Shown in pieces: positions 56,730 through 64,000 of a stretch of DNA of 64,000 bases. The notes below the pieces were generated by a model. It saw only the letters and a program-made list of their open reading frames with translations, did no database searches and was not told the DNA's origin. The number at the start of each line of letters is the position of its first letter. Position 1 is the stretch's first letter. The DNA comes from Chrysemys picta bellii. Taxonomy: Eukaryota. Location: NCBI RefSeq assembly GCF_011386835.1, contig NC_088802.1, forward strand, positions 3,658,001 through 3,722,000. Reading direction: 5' to 3'. The translations under genes were made by a program, and so were the position numbers.

Positions 56730-59593
56730 ATGTCGGCGCGCCTGGCCCTGGTGGACTGGCTGGACGAAGGCTTCTCCAGCATCATCGAGCTGGCGGCGGT
56801 GAGGGAGCCACGCCGGGACCCTGCCCGCTACCGGCCGGGCCAAGAGGTGGCGGCCCGGTGCCCCCTCTTCAAGGGGCTGAACCGCGCCCGCATCCTGGCC
56901 CTCAGCCGTGAGTGAGCGAGCGCCCCCCTGCTCCGACTACCCCCCCTTGTCCGAACACACCCCTGTCCGTCCGTCCCCCCCACACCTCTCCATCTGTCCC
57001 TCCCTCCATCCGTCCCCCTACACCTCTCCGTCCATCCCCCCTGTACCCCTTGTCCGTCCCCCCCACTTCTCCGTCCCTCCCTCCTGCCATCCATCCCCCC
57101 AAACTCCCTGTTCATCCCCCCCACACCTCTCTGTCTGTCCCTCCCTCCATCCGTCCCCCCAAACCCCTGTCCGTCCCCACAACACCTCTCCGTCCCTCCA
57201 TCCCTCCCCCCATACCCTCCGTCCATCCCTCCATCCTCTCTTCTCTCTCCGCAGGGGACAGGCAGAAGTTGAAATGGATCCAAGTCCGGGCTGGGGGCTG
57301 TCCCGGGAGCAGCTGGGGGGGCAGGACGCTGCGGGGCCCCCCCTACCACCAAGTGGCGACATGGAGACGGGACAGAGTGCCCCCTGAGAGAAGGAAACAC
57401 AGCACAGGTGGGTGCTGCTCCCCGTGCCGGACACCTCGGTCCCGTACCCCATCCCGGTCTCCAGCCCCCTAGGGGTGAGCACTGCGCTGCTGTCCTGGAC
57501 GCCTGGGTCCCATTCCTCATCCTGGTCTCCAGCCCCCTAGGGTGAGCGCTGCACTGCCGTTCCGGATGCCTGGGTCCCATTCCCCTAGAGACCAAGAAGT
57601 CTCATTCAGTGACTGTTTCTTGTCTCATTCCAGGAGGCAACACCGATGACGTCACCACCTCCGTGCTCGACCCTGAAGGGACGCAGGTGTCCGAGGATGA
57701 GGGCCGGGCGACCCCCCAGAGCACCTCATCCTCGGAAACCTGGCATTCCTCCTCCCCCGACTGCCCCCACGTGGACAGCTCTGGCTGCGGGGTTCCCTGC
57801 TCCCCTGGCCCTGCGGAACCAGGCGTCCGGGCGGGGCCGACCGAGCCCTGCGCCAGGCCGGAGTGCGAGAGGATGCGACAGGAGCTGGAGGCGCTGAGGG
57901 ACCGATACGCCAAGCTGGAGGCTCAGAACGCTGTGCTGTCCCAGAGACTCGGTGAGCCCGGACGCCTGGGTCCTCGGGGACGAGGGTGGGGTCTCGTGGG
58001 TCAGAGCAGGGGGGCGGGACTGGGAGCCTGGACATCTGGGTCCTCTGAGAGGAGAGTCAGGTCTGGTGGGTCAGAGCAGGGGGGTGGGGTTGGGAGCCCG
58101 GACGCCTGGGTCCTCTGGGAGGGGAGTGAGTGGGGTCTGGTGGGTCAGAGCAGGGGGCCAAGGTTGGGAACCCGGATGCCTGGGTTCTCAGGCGCGTGGG
58201 AGCAAGTGGTCACTCCTGTCTCCGTTCTCTGCAGGGGGCGATGTGGAGCTGCCCAGGGAGGTGGACAGCAGTTCCGTGCGGCCGGAGCCCGGGCTCTATC
58301 AGGACCCTGCACTACCTCAGAAACATGGGGTGAGCTGTGGGGCGGGGAGTGGGTCGGGGGATAGTGGGAGGCCTGGGGTCCCTCTTATAACAATGTCTCC
58401 TCCCCCTCCTCCTTCCATCCCCCTCCTGTCCCCTGCCTGCTCCCCCTACTGCCCCTCCTCTCTCCACGCCCCCTACTGCCCCCACCCCACTTTCCTCTGT
58501 GCCCCCCTCCCCGCCCCCCAGATGCAGGAGCTGGTGCCAGGAGGGGGCGTGTTCCTCTACCCCGCCCAGCTGGCCCTGGCCCGCTCCAGCGCCCGCAGCC
58601 AGACGGCCCTGGCCCGGCTCCTGCTCGACGTCTTCTTCTCCCGCCAGGAGCAGGCACGGAGCAACCTGTCCGGGGAGAACGGGCTACGCCGCCTCAGCCC
58701 CCCCGTCGTCAGCGCCATCGTGGGTGAGTCCGGGGGGGTCAGGCGATGGTATGGCCCTGGGGGGCGGGGACAGGCAATAGTATGGACTAGGAGGGGCAAT
58801 GATGGTATGGCCTGGGAGGGCGGGGCCAGGCAGTAGTACGGACTGAGAGGGGCAATGATGGTATGGCCCGAGGGGGCGGGGACAGGTAGTAGTATGGACT
58901 GAGAGGGGCAATGATGGTATGGCCCGAGGGGGCGGGGACAGGTAGTAGTATGGACTGGGAGGGGCAATGATGGTACGGCCCGGGGTGGGGAGGCAGGAAG
59001 TACTGCGGACTGGGCAGGGTCCTGATGATATGGCCCAGGGATCAGGGTCAGGCAATGGTATGGCCCCAGTGGGTGGGGTCAGGCAGTAGTATGGCCTGGG
59101 GGGCCAATGATGGTATGGCCTAGGGCAGGATGATGGTATGGCCCAGCAGTGTGTTTCAGACAATTGTATGGCCTCCGTGGGGGAGGTCGCGGTGATGGTA
59201 CGGCTCAGGTTGGGCTAGGCAGTGATACTGCCTGGAGGGTTAATGATGGCACAGCCCAGGGAGTGCAAGGCGATGGTACGGCCTGTGGGCGTTAATGGTG
59301 GTATGGCCTGGGTTGGGGGTGAGGTAATGGTGCAGCCCAGGAGGGCAAGGCAATAATTTGGCCCGGGGCAGGAGCAGTTATAATGGACTGGTCTATCGTA
59401 AAGGAATTCCGTGGGGGGGATCCTGCTGCCATTCACCCCTCTTTTCTCTCCCCCCGCAGCCTACGCCGTGGGTCAGTCCCAGTTCCAGCCCAGCAGTGCT
59501 GCCGTCATCAAGAACTCGCTGCGCAACAAGCTGGGCTGCCTGAGAGCCCCGTCCCGCCAGCAGGGGGCCACCAGGGGGCGCACTGCGGCCTGA
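56730..59593 (+). CDS. Unidentified BEN-domain protein, 359 aa (BEND5-like architecture)
   Basis: Exons 56730-56907 ([19 protein letters not shown]...RARILALS), 57255-57407, 57634-57951 (coiled coil [26 protein letters not shown]), 58235-58329, 58522-58723 ([15 protein letters not shown]...[35 protein letters not shown]) and 59460-59593 (AYA...IKNSLRNKL). All GT-AG and phase-consistent (1080 nt). Confidence 0.85.
58740..59400. repeat. Degenerate intronic tandem repeat (atggtatggccc core)
   Basis: Recurring gatggtatggcc...gggcggggacagg.agtagtatggact units. Confidence 0.8.
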
Positions 59594-61215
59594 GAGCCCC
59601 GTCCCGCCAGCAGGGGGCCACCAGGGGGCACCCCGCAGCCTCAGAGCCCCGTCCCGCCAGCAGGGGGCCAGCAGGGGGCGCCCCGCGGCCTGAGAGCCCC
59701 GTCCCGCCAGCAGGGGGCCACCAGGGGGCGCCCCGCGGCCTGAGAGCCCCGTCCCGCGGCCTGAGAGCCCCGTCCCGCCAGCAGGGGGCCACCAGGGGGC
59801 GTCCCGCGGCCTGAGAGCACCGTCCCGCCAGCAGGGGGCCACCAGGGGGCGTCCCGCGGCCTGAGAGCCCCGTCCCGCCAGCAGGGGGCCACCAGGGGGC
59901 GCCCCGTGGCCTGAGAGCCCCGTCCCGCCAGCAGGGGGCCACCAGGGGGCGCCCCGCGGCCTGAGAGCCCCGTCCCGCGGCCTGAGAGCCCCGTCCTGCC
60001 AGCAGGGGGCCACCAGGGGGCGCCCCGCGGCCTGAAAGCCCCGCCCCACGGCCTGAGAGCCCCGTCCCACCAGCAGGGGGCCACCAGGGGGCGCCCCGCA
60101 GCCTGAGAGCCCCGTCCCGCCAGCAGGGGGCCACCAGGGGGCGGCCTGAGAGCCCCGTCCCGCGGCCTGAGAGCCCTGTCCCGCCAGCAGGGGGCACCAG
60201 GGGGCGTCCCGCGGCCTGAGAGCCCCGTCCCGCCAGCAGGGGGCCACCAGGGGGCGCCCCGTGGCCTGAGAGCCCCGTCCCGCCAGCAGGGGGCCACCAG
60301 GGGGCGCCCCGTGGCCTGAGCGCCCCGTCCCGCGGCCTGAGAGCCCTGTCCCGCCACCAGGGGGCCACCAGGGGGCGTCCCGCGGCCTGAGAGCACCGTC
60401 CCGCCAGCAGGGGGCCACCAGGGGGCGTCCCGCGGCCTGAGAGCCCCGTCCCGCCAGCAGGGGGCCACCAGGGGGCGCCCCGTGGCCTGAGAGCCCCGTC
60501 CCGCCAGCAGGGGGCCACCAGGGGGCGCCCCGCGGCCTGAGAGCCCCGTCCCGCGGCCTGAGAGCCCCGTCCTGCCAGCAGGGGGCCACCAGGGGGCGCC
60601 CCGCGGCCTGAAAGCCCCGCCCCACGGCCTGAGAGCCCCGTCCCACCAGCAGGGGGCCACCAGGGGGCGCCCCGCAGCCTGAGAGCCCCGTCCCGCCAGC
60701 AGGGGGCCACCAGGGGGCGGCCTGAGAGCCCCGTCCCGCGGCCTGAGAGCCCTGTCCCGCCAGCAGGGGGCACCAGGGGGCGTCCCGCGGCCTGAGAGCC
60801 CCGTCCCGCCAGCAGGGGGCCACCAGGGGGCGCCCCGTGGCCTGAGAGCCCCGTCCCGCCAGCAGGGGGCCACCAGGGGGCGCCCCGTGGCCTGAGCGCC
60901 CCGTCCCGCGGCCTGAGAGCCCTGTCCCGCCACCAGGGGGCCACCAGGGGGCGTCCCGCGGCCTGAGAGCTCCGTCCCGCCAGCAGGGGGCCACCAGGGG
61001 GCGTCCCGCGGCCTGAGAGCTCCGTCCCGCCAGCAGGGGGCCACCAGGGGGCGCCCTGCAGACTGAGAGCCCATCCCACCAGCAGGGGGCGCCCCGCGGC
61101 CTGAGAGCCCCGTCCCGCCAGCAGGGGGCGCCCTGCAGCTGAGAGCCTGTCCCCGTGGCAAGGGGCCACCAGGGGAACCCCGTGGCCTGAGGGCCTGTCC
61201 CACCAGCAGGGGGCC
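59548..61215. repeat. ~50-bp CTCF-motif minisatellite with a 576-bp higher-order duplication
   Basis: Unit gcctgagagccccgtcccgccagcagggggccaccagggggcgccccgcg. Variant landmarks recur exactly 576 bp apart (59811/60387 and 60032/60608). Confidence 0.95.
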
Positions 61216-63352
61216 ATGCCACGGCCTGACACCTGGCATTCTCCCAGCAGGGGTGCCCCGGAGAGCTGTGAATGGGGCGTGATTCTGATCTCAATACAGA
61301 AGGTTTTTTGACACCTCTGAGTCCCTGGCTCTTTATCTGTGGGAGGGACTCAGGACTCCTGGGTCCTCTTCTGGCTCTGGGAGGGGAGTGGGGCCTAGTG
61401 GTTAGAGCAGGGGAGACCGGGGGGGGGGGGGCTGGGAGCCAGGACTCTTGGGTCTTGGCTCTGTGAAATTTCCCACTCCAAAGAGGACCCCGAGGAAATG
61501 ATCTGAAAGCGCTGAGGTGACAGTTTACGCGGGGGGGGACGGGACTGAGCACCTAACTCCCCCCCACTCACACACCCACCCCTCCTGTTCTAGCCGGGGA
61601 TGGGGCAGGACCCTGATCTCAGGAGTCCGGGCCAATCCCAGCCTGAATAATTCTCCCCGACTTCCAACGCCCTCTGAAGTTCAATAGAAATTCGCCTGCC
61701 CATGCTGGGCTGGATCTCCTGCCCCACCCCCCATTTCTCCTGCCCCACCCCTCTGGCACCCCCAATCCCTTCCCTATAGCGCCAATCACGATACACTGAG
61801 CTGCAGTGACTCACTCCCGCCACCAGGAGACGCTCCCCAGTGCCTTCCCTCTCTATGGCCTTTTCCTGCTGTAGGGAGCGTGGCTCGGCCTCTCTCTCCA
61901 CCGGCCCGTAGCGCTCTATGGCTCTCCAAGTGCCGGTCGTGTGGCTGAGGACCCCAGCTGGGGCTGGCTCGGCAGGTGCCTGGCCAGAAATAGCCCGCTC
62001 CCCGGCTGAGCTAGTGCGGAGCGGGGCTGGGGGCGTCCCCGGGGACTGGGGGTGACCCGGGCAGCGCGGGCCGGGGGGCGGGGAGCAGCTGTCGCGAGGG
62101 GCGCTGGGATCAGGCGGCGCCGCGGGCAGCCCGGGGCGGGTCCTGCAGCCGGGGATCGCCAAAGGCGGAGACACGTGGGGCCGGGAGCAGCTGCCGGGAG
62201 AGCAGGTACCGGGGGGGGGGGCTGGTGCCTCCTGCCCCTCCGCCCCATAACCACCTTGGCCCCGCCCCCACAGCCCCCTCCTGCCCCATCAACCCCGCCT
62301 CCCAGCACCATCCTCCCCTGCCCCATAGATCTCCCGGTCCTAGTCCCTCCCCTGCCCCACAGCCCCTCCGTCATCACCTCCTGCCCCGTAGCCCCCCAGC
62401 ACTGACACCTCCTGCCCCATAGACCCTCCCAGCCCCCAACCTTCCCGTCCTAATCCCCACAACCACCCCCTGCCCCACAGGCCCCCACAGTACCGCCTGC
62501 CCTTCAGCTTCCCAGCCCTGACACCCCCGGCCCCATAGATCTCCCAGTCCCCCACCTCCCCGCCCTAGCCCCCTCGCCCACACACTACGCCAGTTCCCCG
62601 CCCTACAGCACTTCCATCATCACCTCTGCCTCACAGCCCTCCATCTCCCCATCCTAGTCCCCCTAGGGCTGCGGCCCCCTGCCCCCTTCCCTACCCCCCA
62701 GCCGCTCTGTCATCATCCCTGTCCCACAGCACGCAGCCCTGACACCCCCCACCCCCATAGAACCTCCCTGGCCTAACAACCCCTTCCTCCTGCCCCCCTC
62801 CTGCCCCCCTCAAATGATCCTGACGGTACCACTCCCCCCCCAGTTGCATCCCCCCGTCCTCAGTTCATACCCCCATCTGCCCCCCTCTGAGCTGCCTGGG
62901 GTTCATCCTGTGATGGGTGGGGGGTGGGGCTGGTACCTAGGGCCATGGGCTGGGGCTGGGGGGTTGCTTGGATCGCCCCCCCCCTACCGCCAGTGATAGC
63001 TCCCTTGGCCCCGCCCCAGGGAGAGGTTTCTCGGAGGCGGGTCCTGGCACTGGGATTGCATCAGCCCAGCCGGTGTCAGAGCCCAGCACCGGGGCAGGTG
63101 GGAGCAGCTAGAGGGGACAGGCCTCTGCCCCGTTCCCTGCCCCCCGAGCCAGCCGGTCCCTGCCCTGGGGCAGATGGGAGCTGGCGCCCCCTGCAGGGGA
63201 CAGGCCCCTGTCCCATTCCCCACCCCCTGAGGCAGCCGGTCCCTGCCCTGGGGCAGATGGGAGCTGGCGCCCCCTGCAGGGGACAGGCCCCTTGTCTCAC
63301 CAACTGTGTCTCTCCGTCCCCAGGTGTGTCTTCGGGGTGCTCAGCCCTCGCC

Positions 63353-64000
63353 ATGCCCACCCTGTACCTCTCCCCGCACCCGGACAATTTCCAGAACCAG
63401 CGGGTGCTGATCGCAGCCCGCTATGCCCCCACGCTGCCCGAGGTGGTGGAGCTGCCGGAGCAGGGGCTCCCCCTGCGGCCCCCTGCCTCCTGCCCCCTGC
63501 CCAAGCTGCCGGCGTTGGAGAGCCGGCCGGGGGTCTGGGTCTCGGGCCCGGCCGCCGTGGCTCAGCTCCTGTGCCCGGAGCGGCTGAGGGGGCAGGGGCC
63601 AGCGGGGGGCGCTCTGGTGCAGCAGTGGGTGAGCTACGCTGACGGGGAGATCGCCCCTGCTGCCTGTGCAGCCGCCTTCTCCGCCCTGGGTCTGGCGGAG
63701 CAGAGCAAGCAGGTGAGACCTCCCGGACTCCTGGGTTCTCGGGGAGGGGAGTGGGATCTAGTGGTTGGGGGGGGGGAGCTAGGACTCCTGGGTTCTTAGG
63801 GAGGGGAGTGGGGTCTAGTGGTTAGAGCGGGGGCTGGGGAGGGGGAGCTAGGACTCCTGGGTTCTCGGGGAGGGGAGTGGGATCTAGTGGTTGGGGGGAG
63901 GAGCCAGGACTCCTGGGTCCCCTGTCTGTTGCAGTACCCTGGCGTCTCTCTCTCTGCCTTCCCAGGTGGTGGAGCGGGCAGTGGCAGAGCTGCGCCGGGC
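63353..64000 (+). CDS. VARS1: Valyl-tRNA synthetase, cytoplasmic (N-terminal GST-like domain; continues beyond the window)
   Basis: Exon 63353-63712 (MPTLYLSPHPD...LIAARY...AVAQLL...LVQQWVSYAD.EI.PAAC) matches the mammalian VARS1 N-terminus; next exon from 63966 (VVERAVAELRRA). A non-coding exon probably ends at 62205. Confidence 0.95.

Noticed and set aside
59393-61552. Minus-strand ORFs of 719, 574 and 532 aa
   Set aside because: They are translations of the GC-rich minisatellite, which lacks stops on that strand. The content is repetitive with no domain.

Overview
GC-rich, minisatellite-dense vertebrate DNA, most likely from a turtle MHC-bearing microchromosome. This is inferred from POU5F1 flanked by TCF19 and an NPDC1 paralogue, plus turtle-type CR1, Penelope-like and hAT repeats. 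I assembled spliced genes by hand from GT-AG sites and reading-frame phase. In order: the 3' end of an unidentified coiled-coil gene (+), CCHCR1 (+, 17 coding exons, 860 aa), TCF19 (+, two apparent 1-nt frameshifts), POU5F1/OCT4 (-), NPDC1-like (-, 9 exons, 305 aa), a candidate unannotated 3-exon gene for a 48-aa Cys-rich microprotein with a dileucine motif (-), LSM2 (+, one 1-nt frameshift), an unidentified 6-coding-exon BEN-domain gene (+, 359 aa) whose C-terminus runs into a 1.65-kb CTCF-motif minisatellite, and the 5' end of VARS1 (+). Most of the long ORFs in the ORF track are artefacts of GC-rich tandem repeats. No database searches were run; homology calls rest on remembered protein sequences.
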